Positions 35,364 to 47,009 of a DNA stretch of 62,427 nt are shown piece by piece. This DNA is from an uncultured Anaerolineales bacterium (GTDB lineage Bacteria; Chloroflexota; Anaerolineae; B4-G1). The position numbers were made by a program, and so were the translations under genes. Below the pieces are notes generated by a model. It made no database searches and had not been told where the DNA came from. It was given only the letters and a program-made list of their open reading frames with translations. The stretch lies in NCBI GenBank assembly GCA_964551295.1, contig CAZKDJ010000001.1, positions 1-62,427 of the forward strand, in the 5' to 3' direction. The stretch's first letter is position 1, and the number at the start of each line of letters is the position of its first letter.

Positions 35364-37943
35364 TCAGTCAAAGCCAAAGCTGGCGATGACGTCGTCAAAA
35401 ATCCTTTCGTTCTTTTCCACACCCTCGGTACGCGTCGTCGCCGTGAAAATGACAACGTGTCCGTCGATGAGCGCGTAAACCCGCACGACCGTCACCGGCA
35501 CGTCGCGCAGTCGGCTGTCGACGGCCGTCCAGGTAAAGACGCGGCGCATCGCCGCACGTCCATCTACGGTGATGGTCCTTTCGCTCACCAATTCATAATC
35601 CGGTAGATCGTCGACAGTGGGGCCATATAACCTGGCCAGCTTGGAGGGCGGCAGGGTAAAATCAACCTCAAAGATGGATAGAACCACATTGGCTCGATAG
35701 TCTTTATCCAACGGTCCGACGAGCAGGAGCGGCACTTCCTCCCCGGGATCCACGTACTGGCGCCACTCGGCGGGATAGGCGATAGAGAATCCGTGATAGG
35801 CATCGGACCACATGCGCATCCCATCCACCTCCGACGGAATGCGCCTCAAGTCGGCGATGCCACTCTCTGCCAGTTCCACGTCATCGACTTCACCGCTGAC
35901 CTCCAGGACAGACTCCAGGGCCACGATCGCATCGTCGTAGCGTTGCAGGGCGTCGAGAGCCTCGGCACGCAGAAGGTGTCCTTCCACCCAATCCGGGTCC
36001 AGGGCCAACGCACGCTCAAAGTCGTCCAGCGCCTCATTGGCGTCGCCGCCCTCCAGGTAGATGCGCCCCCGCGTAGCCCAGACCTCCTCATCGTCGGGAG
36101 CCAGCTCCACGGCACGGTCCGCATCCGCCATCGCTTCGCGCCACTCTCGCTCGTAGACGTAAACCAACGCCCGTGCCAGGTAAGCCTGAGCCAACTCGGG
36201 ATCCAACTCGATCGCCCGCTCGGCATCCGCCCGCGCGCGGGCGGGATCTTTTGACCAGAAATGGGCATTCGCGCGCGCGGCGTAAGCACGCGCCAACTCG
36301 GGATCAAGCTTGATCGCAGCGGTCAGATCAATCACTGCCTGGAAATAATTCTCCGCCTCCAGGTTGAATACTCCCACGATAAAGTGGGCGACCGGCAAGT
36401 CGTCGTCCAGATCGAGCGCGCGTTGCGCATCCCGCAACGCCAGAGGCATGTTGTCCAGCTCCAGATATGCCTCGGCGCGCAGAACGATCAAGTCAGCGTC
36501 AGCAGGCTTCAAAGCGATGGCGGCATCCAGGTCATCGACGGCATCCGCATAGTCGCCTTCGGCCATCGCAGCCAGGGCATGCCGCCTCAGACCATTCCAG
36601 TCGTCAAGGCGCGCTTGCAGCACCGTATCGTAGTCAATACGCGCCTCTGCCCACTGCTCCAGGTCAAAATACAGGTCGGCCCGACAGGCGTGGGCGTCGA
36701 CGAGCGTGGGGTCGAGTTCCAATGCACGATCCAGGTCGGCCAAGGCAGCGTCCGCGTCGCCCGTGGAAGCGGCCACCCGCCCGCGCAAAACGAGCGCCGG
36801 CACATGGTCGGGCAGCGATGCAAGCGCCGTCGCCAGGTCTGCCCTGGCGGCAGCGGCATCCCCATCGTGGAAATAGCCAGCCGCGCGGCCGACGTAGACG
36901 ATTCCTGCGTCGGGAGCCAGATCGACCGCCTTCTGATAGTCAAACTGCGCCTGGGGAACCTCGTCTCGCGCCAGGTGTACGTCACCGCGCAGTAAATAGC
37001 CCCAAATCCAATCGGGCGCTGCGGCCACGATCTGCTCCGCGTCCGAGAGAGCGGCCTCGGTATGGCCAGCGGCCAGATGTGTGCCCGCGCGCAAGTGAAG
37101 GGCTCGCGCGAGCGCCCGATCATCCGGCGCGTGCGAGACCGCCTGGTTCAACATACTCAGTCCCTTAGCCAGATTGCCGCCATCGGCAGTCACAGCCCCC
37201 ACCAAGGCCTGGGCCGATACCGATTCAGGGGCAAGCTCAAGGGCCGCCTCGGTATCGGCGCGGGCAGCAACGTCGTCGTGGGCCAGAAAGTAGACCCACC
37301 CGCGCCCGACAAAGGCATCCACCAGGGTGTCGTCGTTTTCAATGGCCTGGGTTAGATCGGCCAGGGCATCGGCATTTCGCCGGAAGTGCAAGTGAGCCAA
37401 CCCCCGGTAGAGGTAGGGCTCACCCGAATTCGGGGCTTGAGCGATGGCCGACTCATAGTCCGCCATGCTCGCCTCTCCATCGTTCATGTCCAGATGGACC
37501 GCACCCCGCAAGAGAAGTGCGTTCGTCTGCTCCGGATCGATCTCTAGTATGCGATTCAAGTCTTGGAGAGCGGCTTGCAAATCGCCCAGGTCACGGTAGG
37601 CTCGCGCGCGGACCATGAGGAGGGTCACGTCGTCGTGTTCCCGCATGAACGCGGGCCGCACCGCCAGAGCCTGATCAAAGGCCTCGATAGCATCCTCGTA
37701 ACGCCCCACAGATGAGGCAGCACGCCCCGTGGCCATATGGATCGCCGCCTGATTCCGCAGATAAAAGAACAGTCCCACGGCCCCCGCAATAACGGTCAAG
37801 CAGAAGGCGGCGACAATAAAGAGCACAACCGCCACCCCCTTTTTGCGCTTTGGCTTCCGCGGCAAAGATGGGGCGTCTTCTACAGGCGCTACCGGGCCCG
37901 CAGATTCGCCAGACTCCATAGATTCCACAGTTTCTTCAGACAT
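35364..37943 (-). CDS. Membrane-anchored TPR protein with a C-terminal PsbP/DcrB-like domain
   Basis: Single N-terminal TM, about 17 TPRs, then D.YHGFSIAYPAEW...ITVDGRAAMRRVFTW...IFTAT..E....FD..IASF. Confidence 0.8.
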   Translation of the reverse strand: MSEETVESMESGESAGPVAPVEDAPSLPRKPKRKKGVAVVLFIVAAFCLTVIAGAVGLFFYLRNQAAIHMATGRAASSVGRYEDAIEAFDQALAVRPAFMREHDDVTLLMVRARAYRDLGDLQAALQDLNRILEIDPEQTNALLLRGAVHLDMNDGEASMADYESAIAQAPNSGEPYLYRGLAHLHFRRNADALADLTQAIENDDTLVDAFVGRGWVYFLAHDDVAARADTEAALELAPESVSAQALVGAVTADGGNLAKGLSMLNQAVSHAPDDRALARALHLRAGTHLAAGHTEAALSDAEQIVAAAPDWIWGYLLRGDVHLARDEVPQAQFDYQKAVDLAPDAGIVYVGRAAGYFHDGDAAAARADLATALASLPDHVPALVLRGRVAASTGDADAALADLDRALELDPTLVDAHACRADLYFDLEQWAEARIDYDTVLQARLDDWNGLRRHALAAMAEGDYADAVDDLDAAIALKPADADLIVLRAEAYLELDNMPLALRDAQRALDLDDDLPVAHFIVGVFNLEAENYFQAVIDLTAAIKLDPELARAYAARANAHFWSKDPARARADAERAIELDPELAQAYLARALVYVYEREWREAMADADRAVELAPDDEEVWATRGRIYLEGGDANEALDDFERALALDPDWVEGHLLRAEALDALQRYDDAIVALESVLEVSGEVDDVELAESGIADLRRIPSEVDGMRMWSDAYHGFSIAYPAEWRQYVDPGEEVPLLLVGPLDKDYRANVVLSIFEVDFTLPPSKLARLYGPTVDDLPDYELVSERTITVDGRAAMRRVFTWTAVDSRLRDVPVTVVRVYALIDGHVVIFTATTRTEGVEKNERIFDDVIASFGFD

Positions 37944-37951
37944 AGCTACTC

Positions 37952-40063
37952 CTAGCGCTCTATCGTGACAAATGCTGGCCAGAGGACGGGGATGGGAGAG
38001 AGCCGATAGCCCCGGACGTAGGAACGAACCAGCACGTGCGCCACGGGATGGACGGTGGGCACGGCGGGCGCATCCTCCAGCAGCAGAGCCTCCGCCTCCT
38101 GGTAAAGGGCCAAACGCTCGCCGGGGTTCGACTCTGTGCGAGCTGTCTCGAGCAGATCGTCAACCTGGGAGTTGGCATAGCCCCCATAGTTCAAGGGCCC
38201 CATACTGTGGTAGTGCAAGTCGAGGGCGTTCTCCGGATCGGCATAGTCAGCACACCAAGAATAGACGAACAGATGCCCGTGAGCTTGAGCGATCACGTCC
38301 TCATATCCAGTTGGGTTCACGAGTTCCGTTTTGATAGAGACACCCAGATTTGCGGCCCACATGTCGGCCAGCGCCACGGCCAACGGATCGGGATCGCCTT
38401 CGCCGGGCGCGGTCAGGGTTAGCTCGGGCAACGATGCCCCAGCGGCGAGGTCTAGCGCGGCCTCGACGTCAAACGCGTCGTCCACCGGACGCGTCACAGC
38501 GCCCGGCATGCCGGGGGGCAAAAAGCCCGTCGCCGGAACAGCCGAGTCATTGAGCACGACCCGGGCCAGTTGCTCCCGGTCGACGGATAGTGCAAACGCC
38601 TGGCGAATCGCGGGATCGTCGAATGGCGCGCGGGTCGTATCGAACACGACGCGGTAGGTGCAGAACGTGTTGCCCTCGACCAGGTCCGCCGACAATGGGT
38701 CTGCCGGATCGAGAGCGCGCGTCATAAAGATCGGGGCCACCTCGGTGACATCCACCTGGCCGGCCTCGTAGGCCGGGAAACCGGAGCCGCTGGTGAGATA
38801 ATAGATCACGGCCAAGACCTGCGGCGGGGTCAGGTAATACGCCTCGTTACGCTTGAGGATGACCGCCTCCCCCTCGCGCCACCGATCGAGCACAAAGGGG
38901 CCGGTGCCATCCGGATGGCGCCACCAATCAGCGCCGCCATCGACGTTATCGGCCTGGGTGATGAAAGCGACGGGCTGGGCCAGCTTTGCCAAAAAGTAAG
39001 GCTTTGGACCATCGACGGTGACAACCAGGGTGCGCTCGTCGAGCACGCGCACGCCGTCGAGCTCGTCTGCCTCTCCGGCCAGCTTTTCCACCGCCCCCGC
39101 GATATCGCCCAGATAGAGCGCAGCCGTCGGTGAACCGATGGAGGGATCGGTAGCCCGCTCCCAGGCCGCCTTGATATCGGCGGCAGTCAACGCTCGACCG
39201 CTGTGAAACTCGACGTCGGAACGCAGATGGAAAGTGTACTCCGTCCCATCCTCATTCACGTCCCAACCCTCGGCCAAATCCGGCTCGACCTGCAGATCGG
39301 CGTTGAGGCGCACGAGGCCGCTGAACACGTGCCCCACGATGCCCGCCGGTCCCTCGCGCGTCAGCGCCGGGTCAAGGGTCGCAGGGTTATCAATCATCAG
39401 CACCAGCGCATTGGCGCGAGAAACACCGAACAACTCTGGCTCTTCCAAATGGAGCGTGCTGCAAATAGCCTGGATAGTTTGCTGCCGCGTCTCTAGCACC
39501 TCAGAGTGCGCAACCAGCACCAGAACGTACCCCTTTCCACCGGATAGGGTGACGTACCCTTTTGCCTGCAAAGCCTCCCCGTTCTCGTCCTCCCAGGCAA
39601 AGGCGACCTCCCACGCGGGCGTGCCATCGGACAAAGTCGCCGGTTCATCATCGATCAGCTCGACCTCTTCGGCCAAGCCCAACTCGGTCCCGATCCCCTG
39701 CGCAAAGTCGGCCAACTCTACACCCGCTTCTACCGCCCGCCCACCGGCCAGCAGACGCACCGGGTCGTTATCATCGCTGATGATGACGGCAGGGAGATTC
39801 CCGCCGATCTCTTCCTTCAACCAGTCGGCAGGGTAGAGAAACCAAAAACCCAGTTCAGGATTGCGGTAGTAGCCCACATCTGGGACCGGCGTCAACGTGG
39901 GAGCGGGCGGAAGCGTCGCCGTCGGCCGAGGCGTCGCCGTTGGCAGCGCCGTTGCCGTTGACCGGGGCGTTCTGGTCGCCAGCTCGGGCACGACGGGCGT
40001 ACAACCGACGAATACCAACATAGCCACTACCCACAACAGGCGGCATGGATGCGCATGTTTCAT
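37952..40063 (-). CDS. Family-5 (OppA/DppA) ABC substrate-binding lipoprotein with an extra N-terminal PsbP-like domain
   Basis: Lipobox VFVGC, YYRNPELGFWFLYP.DW domain, TLDP, PDLAE.W.V..DG..YTFHLR, GTGPF, W.ADY.DP. Confidence 0.88.
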   Translation of the reverse strand: MKHAHPCRLLWVVAMLVFVGCTPVVPELATRTPRSTATALPTATPRPTATLPPAPTLTPVPDVGYYRNPELGFWFLYPADWLKEEIGGNLPAVIISDDNDPVRLLAGGRAVEAGVELADFAQGIGTELGLAEEVELIDDEPATLSDGTPAWEVAFAWEDENGEALQAKGYVTLSGGKGYVLVLVAHSEVLETRQQTIQAICSTLHLEEPELFGVSRANALVLMIDNPATLDPALTREGPAGIVGHVFSGLVRLNADLQVEPDLAEGWDVNEDGTEYTFHLRSDVEFHSGRALTAADIKAAWERATDPSIGSPTAALYLGDIAGAVEKLAGEADELDGVRVLDERTLVVTVDGPKPYFLAKLAQPVAFITQADNVDGGADWWRHPDGTGPFVLDRWREGEAVILKRNEAYYLTPPQVLAVIYYLTSGSGFPAYEAGQVDVTEVAPIFMTRALDPADPLSADLVEGNTFCTYRVVFDTTRAPFDDPAIRQAFALSVDREQLARVVLNDSAVPATGFLPPGMPGAVTRPVDDAFDVEAALDLAAGASLPELTLTAPGEGDPDPLAVALADMWAANLGVSIKTELVNPTGYEDVIAQAHGHLFVYSWCADYADPENALDLHYHSMGPLNYGGYANSQVDDLLETARTESNPGERLALYQEAEALLLEDAPAVPTVHPVAHVLVRSYVRGYRLSPIPVLWPAFVTIER

Positions 40064-40086
40064 ATCGCGTTATCCTCCTCAAAAGA

Positions 40087-41451
40087 TTAGGTACGTCGCA
40101 ACCGCCATACGGCTGCCATTACCAGGACGAGCAGGCCAAAAGCGCCCCCTGCCCAAACGATCCACAAGACAGCGGGCGGGCTCTCGCCAGGATCGGTGCG
40201 CGTCTCCGCCGTCTCTGCGGGCAAAGGCGTATCGTCGATCTCTGCCGCAGGCGCAGTCGTTGAGGCAGCAGTCGGCAACACTGCCAGCGCCAGCGTGGGA
40301 ATCGGCGTCGGCATGTCGAGATCACGCCCATCGAGCACCGGCACGGGCGCGCCAATCTTGGCGCGCCAGGCGTCTTCTAACCCATACGTGTCGAATCCAT
40401 ATACCTGTGTGAACGCTTCATCCGGCGTGACGCCCTCACGAAACGCCACCAACAGGTCCAACATCTTTTCTTGGCCGTAGGTATCGATGAGAAAGCAAAC
40501 CAGGCTGTAGCTCTGAGCGTAGGACAGCTTGGCGCGATCCCTGTGGACAGAAAAGGCGCTTTCGATCTGATGGATGGTAAGCAGGCGATCTTCCGCTATC
40601 GCCGCATCCAACTCGGCCATCAATTCGGCGTCCTCCTCCCCTTCTGCTGCCATGGCCAGCCCCTCGTTCAACCAAACAGGTAGATCGGCCAGGCAGTTGA
40701 ACGTGAAGCGCCGGATGACCAGATGGCCCAACTCGTGGCGCACTGTCAGCCGCCCGTAAGCGGCGCGCTCTTCATTGGCCACGACCATGACCGTATTATA
40801 CTCCGGGAAAGCGATCCCCCCGGCCCACTCCGGCGCGCCAGGAATGGACGCCCGCAAATCGCTCGACTCTTCGTACAAATAGATGACGATGGGTTCGTCC
40901 AGATACAACCCAGTGTCGGCGGCGAGTTGATCCAGCGCCTCGTGGCCTGCGTCCAGCATCTCTTGCACCAAAGGCCGCGAGCCGCGATACCAACGGACCT
41001 CAAGCTGGCGATCAGTCAACGCCTCCCAAACGAACCAGGCATCATCGAAGGAAACAGTCCGCGTTGGCGTGACGATCTCTTCACCACTCACCACCAGCCG
41101 CCAACGCCACCAGATCTCGGCTCCGGGAGGAATCACGCCGCTGGACGCGACCTCCCAGCGCCAGGCAACGTCCAGTTCAGGTCCCGGCTCAAAGTCAGGA
41201 GTAGCCACTGTCGCCACGTCGCCGCAGGCCAGGGCTTTGACCCCATACTCGATGTGTACGCTCTCGACCGCCTCAGCAGCCGTAGCAACTAGATGAAAAT
41301 CAACGGATTGGGGGAAATCGACCCAGGCATCATTCTGGTCGATTTGAACGCCATCAGAGATTGCTACAGCTTGAGAGGGCGTGGCGATCGCACAAAAGCT
41401 TAGCAGAAGAAAACCGACACAGAGTTTACCCGACCTAAGGCAGTTACCCAT
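40087..41451 (-). CDS. Exported zinc metallopeptidase (peptidase MA-like/gluzincin) with a C-terminal membrane anchor
   Basis: Signal peptide, RHELGH (HExxH), WLNEGLA, Y.QS.SLV.FL...YG, C-terminal TM followed by RRT. Confidence 0.82.
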   Translation of the reverse strand: MGNCLRSGKLCVGFLLLSFCAIATPSQAVAISDGVQIDQNDAWVDFPQSVDFHLVATAAEAVESVHIEYGVKALACGDVATVATPDFEPGPELDVAWRWEVASSGVIPPGAEIWWRWRLVVSGEEIVTPTRTVSFDDAWFVWEALTDRQLEVRWYRGSRPLVQEMLDAGHEALDQLAADTGLYLDEPIVIYLYEESSDLRASIPGAPEWAGGIAFPEYNTVMVVANEERAAYGRLTVRHELGHLVIRRFTFNCLADLPVWLNEGLAMAAEGEEDAELMAELDAAIAEDRLLTIHQIESAFSVHRDRAKLSYAQSYSLVCFLIDTYGQEKMLDLLVAFREGVTPDEAFTQVYGFDTYGLEDAWRAKIGAPVPVLDGRDLDMPTPIPTLALAVLPTAASTTAPAAEIDDTPLPAETAETRTDPGESPPAVLWIVWAGGAFGLLVLVMAAVWRLRRT

Positions 41452-41535
41452 GATTAAGAGATCAAATAATAACATAGGGTCGCCATAAATGCAACTTGCC
41501 GATTCTCACTTTCCGTTTGCCCCCTAACCACCCAC

Positions 41536-41570
41536 AAGAAAAAGCCCCGTCACCGTGATGGCGGCAGGGC
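41536..41570 (-). terminator. Possible intrinsic terminator of the carbohydrate gene run
   Basis: Imperfect GC-rich hairpin followed by TTTTTCTT on the minus strand. Confidence 0.4.
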
Positions 41571-41598
41571 AGATTCCGTTACAAAAAAGGCTCACCCA

Positions 41599-42906
41599 TT
41601 ACCCACGATACGCTTGCGGCACATATTTGTCCAGTTTTTGCTCTGCAAAGATCGGCTCGAAGCGCGTAAACCGCTGCAAGCCGCTCACCAGGGGCACGCT
41701 GGGCCAGTCCTCTCCGATGAGGGGGCGGGCGTAGCGCACGAAATCGTCGGTGACGTCGGTGCGCGAGGGAGCGATCCATTCCTCGGGGAACGCGCGCTCC
41801 GAGTTGGCCACCAGGCCCAACTCCACCTTGTCGTAGCGCACGCGGTAGATGTGGCCCGGCTCGCGCAGAATGGTGGCCATGTAGCCTGATCCTTCCTCCG
41901 CCGCGATAAAGGCCGCCTTCTGCCCCACCTTGTACGCCTCGTCGATGTCGATCGTCGAGGCATAGATGGCGGTGTCGCGCTGGTCGGTGCCGGGCACGTT
42001 GGCCCGCGCCGAACCGGCGGCCGCCAGCCCGACGTGGTTCAGGTAGTTGATCACCGCCTGGGCCACCGTCGTCTGGCTGGCGCCGAACTCGGTGTGGCCG
42101 AAGGAATCCTTCCGTGCGCCGATGTCGCCCACGTCAAACCCCTCGCTGACGACGACGACGGCCCGTCCCCGCTGGCGCAGCAGGTCGTTGACCCGATCGG
42201 CCATCTCCTCCATCGTCACGCCCGATTCCTTCATCAGGATCAACAGCGGCATCTCGCGCTGGGGATCGGCCAGGCGGGCGGCGGCGGGGATAAAGCCAAT
42301 CTTGCGGCCCATGGCCTGTAGCACCAGCACCGGGTCGGAGGGACACGCACCGGCGTTCTCCTGGTTCGCGTTCTGCACAATGTAGGCCCAATAGCGGGCC
42401 ACGCTGCCATAACCGGGCGTGTGGTCGATCAGCTCGAACACGCCTCCGGCCGCCAGGGCGCCGCCGACGTCGTTGTCGATTGTCTTGGGCACGCCAGTGG
42501 CGACCAGGTCCAACCCACGCTCGTGGGCCAACTGGGCCACCTTATGGGCCGTATCCATCGAGTCGTTGCCGCCGTTGTAGAAAAAATAGCCCACGTCGTG
42601 CGCCTTCAAGACCTCGATGACGCGCTCGAAATCCTCCTGCTGATGGCCCTTGAGCTTGTAGCGGCAGGTACCAATGGCGCCCGCCGCCGGGGTTGTGCGC
42701 AGCAGCGCGATCTCTTCGGGGTCCTGCGCCGAGAGGTCCAGCAACTCCTCCTTGAGCACCCCCTCGATGCCGTGGAATCCGGCGAAGATAGTGCCAAACG
42801 TCTCGGGCATCGCCAGGCAGGTCTCGGCCACGCCCTGCAGCGAGCTGTTGATCACGGGTGAAGGTCCGCCCGATTGAGCGACGACCACGTTTTTCGGTTT
42901 TGCCAT
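41599..42906 (-). CDS. Phosphofructokinase family protein, probably PPi-dependent
   Basis: AQSGGP..VIN, GGNDS (Asp at the PPi-determining position), PKTIDND and MGR..G motifs. Confidence 0.88.
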   Translation of the reverse strand: MAKPKNVVVAQSGGPSPVINSSLQGVAETCLAMPETFGTIFAGFHGIEGVLKEELLDLSAQDPEEIALLRTTPAAGAIGTCRYKLKGHQQEDFERVIEVLKAHDVGYFFYNGGNDSMDTAHKVAQLAHERGLDLVATGVPKTIDNDVGGALAAGGVFELIDHTPGYGSVARYWAYIVQNANQENAGACPSDPVLVLQAMGRKIGFIPAAARLADPQREMPLLILMKESGVTMEEMADRVNDLLRQRGRAVVVVSEGFDVGDIGARKDSFGHTEFGASQTTVAQAVINYLNHVGLAAAGSARANVPGTDQRDTAIYASTIDIDEAYKVGQKAAFIAAEEGSGYMATILREPGHIYRVRYDKVELGLVANSERAFPEEWIAPSRTDVTDDFVRYARPLIGEDWPSVPLVSGLQRFTRFEPIFAEQKLDKYVPQAYRG

Positions 42907-42918
42907 AGTGTTTCCTCC

Positions 42919-44295
42919 TTAAAAGAATCCTGGGTGCACGAATTCCCTGCTCGCCGCCAGCATCCGGTCGACCATCTCTGGAATCTCGGCCGCGTCCATA
43001 TTTTGAAGCAGCGGATCTGCCTCCAGCGCCTCGATCAGCACACCCCTGTTTCCCTCCACACAGGCCGTGACGATCTTTTCGATGTTGTTTGTGTGCAGCG
43101 CCAGGTGTTCCATCAGCTCATCCGGCAGCAGCTCGACGCGGTTTGGGGTGTACCCTTTGCCATCGTAGGTCATCATGCGCTCCAAAACCGCGCCATCGGG
43201 CACTCCTGGCAGGTTGCCGTCGTGGAACGGCACGTTGCCCACATCGTAGAAGGGCATGTCGAGGACCATCGCCGCTATGATACGAGAAGAGGCCTCCCGG
43301 GAGATGTTCAGATCGATCTCCTCCTTCCCCGCCAGCAGCTCCCGCACCTGCTGCCGCGCCCCGCCGCGCCAATGGACGAGGCGCTCCTGGGCCGTGGTCA
43401 GCAGAACGCCAAAATCTGCCCCCTTGTTGGTGTCCTCGTTGACGAACTCGGTAAAGAACTCGCCGTTGTGCCGGTCGCCACTGTAGGGCAGCACGCCGTA
43501 GCGCAGGAACAGGTTGATCTTGAGGTTGACCCGCCGCAGCTCGGGATGGTCCGAGTCGTAGAGCCGCTTGACCTCGCCGGTGATCCCCTCCTCCTCGAGG
43601 ATCTCTCGCAGCCGGGCGAATCCATCCTCCCCATCGATCTTCAAGTACTGCATCCACGCGCAGTGGTTGACGCCCAGGACGTCGAAGGTAAGCCGCTCGC
43701 GCCACTCCTTGTAGGGAAAGCCCAACGCACGCGAAAGGAACTCCATCCCGCCGTAAAGCTCGTGGCAGCAGCCGATGGTGTTGACGCCAGTCTCCCTGGT
43801 CACCGCCCGGCACAGGATCGACATGGGGTTGCTCAGGTTCAGCAGCCAGGCATTTTCCTCGGCCAGCTCCTGCATATCGCGGGCGATGCTGAACATAGCG
43901 GGGATATTGCGCGCCGCCCGAATGGCTCCACCAACGCTGATCGTATCGCCTACCGGCTGGTAGATGCCGTACTCGTACGGAATCTCCAGATCGTACTGCA
44001 TGTACTCCAACGTCCCCTGCGCAAGCGAGGTGACGACGAAGCGCGCCCCCTCGATGGCTCTCTTCTGATCGGTGGTGCTCTCGACCGCCACCTTGTTGCC
44101 GGTCAGATCAGCGACCTTGCGCGCCAACTGCGCCTGCAGCGCCAGGTTATGCCCATCGATATCCTCCAGGACGAGCACAGGCTTGTAGCGCGAACTGATC
44201 TCGTCATCCGACAGCTTGACGATAAAGTCGCGCGAGAGCGTGTACCCCCACTGCGGGCTGGCAGCCCCGATCAAGACGACCTTGAGTTGGTCCAT
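42919..44295 (-). CDS. Glycoside hydrolase family 4 (NAD+/Mn2+-dependent), uronidase-like
   Basis: VLIGAAS Rossmann motif, DLEIP..YGI.Q.VGDT, LNLSNPM, active-site CHEL, GVNH. Confidence 0.88.
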   Translation of the reverse strand: MDQLKVVLIGAASPQWGYTLSRDFIVKLSDDEISSRYKPVLVLEDIDGHNLALQAQLARKVADLTGNKVAVESTTDQKRAIEGARFVVTSLAQGTLEYMQYDLEIPYEYGIYQPVGDTISVGGAIRAARNIPAMFSIARDMQELAEENAWLLNLSNPMSILCRAVTRETGVNTIGCCHELYGGMEFLSRALGFPYKEWRERLTFDVLGVNHCAWMQYLKIDGEDGFARLREILEEEGITGEVKRLYDSDHPELRRVNLKINLFLRYGVLPYSGDRHNGEFFTEFVNEDTNKGADFGVLLTTAQERLVHWRGGARQQVRELLAGKEEIDLNISREASSRIIAAMVLDMPFYDVGNVPFHDGNLPGVPDGAVLERMMTYDGKGYTPNRVELLPDELMEHLALHTNNIEKIVTACVEGNRGVLIEALEADPLLQNMDAAEIPEMVDRMLAASREFVHPGFF

Positions 44296-44308
44296 ACATC
44301 TCCCCCTG

Positions 44309-45784
<1,476 letters not shown>

Positions 45785-45799
45785 TCGAAACCTCCTAAA

Positions 45800-45845
45800 A
45801 AGTATGCAAGTTTATAAGTAGACAAGTTCGCTGACTCGCTAATCC
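45800..45845 (+). repeat. Degenerate octamer run in the gnd-oxidoreductase spacer
   Basis: aagtatgc aagtttat aagtagac aagttcgc followed by tgactcgc. Confidence 0.55.
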
Positions 45846-45863
45846 CATACCAATTTTCGCCCT

Positions 45864-47009
45864 CTAGACCTCTTTTTCCACCGCTTTCGCAAAGGTTGAG
45901 TTTTCGACCAACTTTTTCAACTCCCGCTCGAACGCCACACTGTCGAGCGGCAGGTCGACGGGCGCGCACGTCAGTGAGGCGTACAGCATCGCGTTGGCCA
46001 GCTCGACGGAATGGACGCCCTCCTCGGCAGGCGCGATCAGTCCCGCCCCCTCCAGAATGGCGTCGGCGAAATTCTCCAGGATCGCCAGATGCTGTCCGCC
46101 GTGGCCTTCGATGTCGAACGTCTCTACCTCGACGTCCGGCTTGGCGAATGCCTCCTTCGACGTGCGCAGAAATTCAGTCACCGGCACCGCGTTGTGGGCA
46201 AAGGTGAGCCGCCCGTCCTCCAACACCAACCTGCCGTTCTCGGCGGCGATCTCGAAGCGGTTGGTGCCCGGCGCCTCCCCGGTCGAGGTGACGAAAACGC
46301 CCGTGCAGCCGTTCGGATACTCGAAATAGGCCGTCACCTCGTCTTCCACCTCGATGGCGTGCCGCTTGCCCAGGCTGCACACGCTCCACACCCGGCTCGG
46401 CATGCCGCAGATCCACTGGAACAGGTCCAGTTGGTGCGGACTCTGGTTCAACAGCACCCCGCCGCCCTCCCCCGCCCACGTGGCCCGCCAGCTACCAGAG
46501 TCATAGTAGGTTTGCGTGCGAAACCAATCCGTGATGATCCAACTGACCCGTATAAAATCCCCCAGCACGCCCTCATCCACGAGCTGCCTGATCGTCCGGT
46601 AGTGCGGATCGGTGCGCTGGTTGAACATCGCGGCAAAGATCAGGCGCTCGTCCCGGTGCGCCGCACGTTTGTGCGCTGCGATGAGCCGCTCGCAGTCAGC
46701 CTTGTGCACCGAGATGGGCTTTTCGACCAGCACGTGATGCCCGCTCTCCAACGCTGCGATGCCGATGGTCGTGTGCGTATAGTGGGGCGTGCAGATGAGC
46801 ACCGCCTCGCAGATACGATCCCTCAGCAACGCGTCGGAATCGGTGTAGGCCGGGCAGCCGTACCGCTCCCCGGCAGCACGTGCCCGCTCCGGCACCACGT
46901 CGCACACCGCCGCCAACTCTACCTTGTCGAGCTTGGCGACGTTTTCAAGGTGCAGCTGGCCAATGCCACTGACGCCGATGACGGCCAGGCGAACTGTCTT
47001 CTCGCTCAT
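45864..47009 (-). CDS. Gfo/Idh/MocA family oxidoreductase
   Basis: AVIG.SGIG, TPHY.H, HVLVEKP, GGGVLLNQSPHQLD. Confidence 0.9.
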   Translation of the reverse strand: MSEKTVRLAVIGVSGIGQLHLENVAKLDKVELAAVCDVVPERARAAGERYGCPAYTDSDALLRDRICEAVLICTPHYTHTTIGIAALESGHHVLVEKPISVHKADCERLIAAHKRAAHRDERLIFAAMFNQRTDPHYRTIRQLVDEGVLGDFIRVSWIITDWFRTQTYYDSGSWRATWAGEGGGVLLNQSPHQLDLFQWICGMPSRVWSVCSLGKRHAIEVEDEVTAYFEYPNGCTGVFVTSTGEAPGTNRFEIAAENGRLVLEDGRLTFAHNAVPVTEFLRTSKEAFAKPDVEVETFDIEGHGGQHLAILENFADAILEGAGLIAPAEEGVHSVELANAMLYASLTCAPVDLPLDSVAFERELKKLVENSTFAKAVEKEV

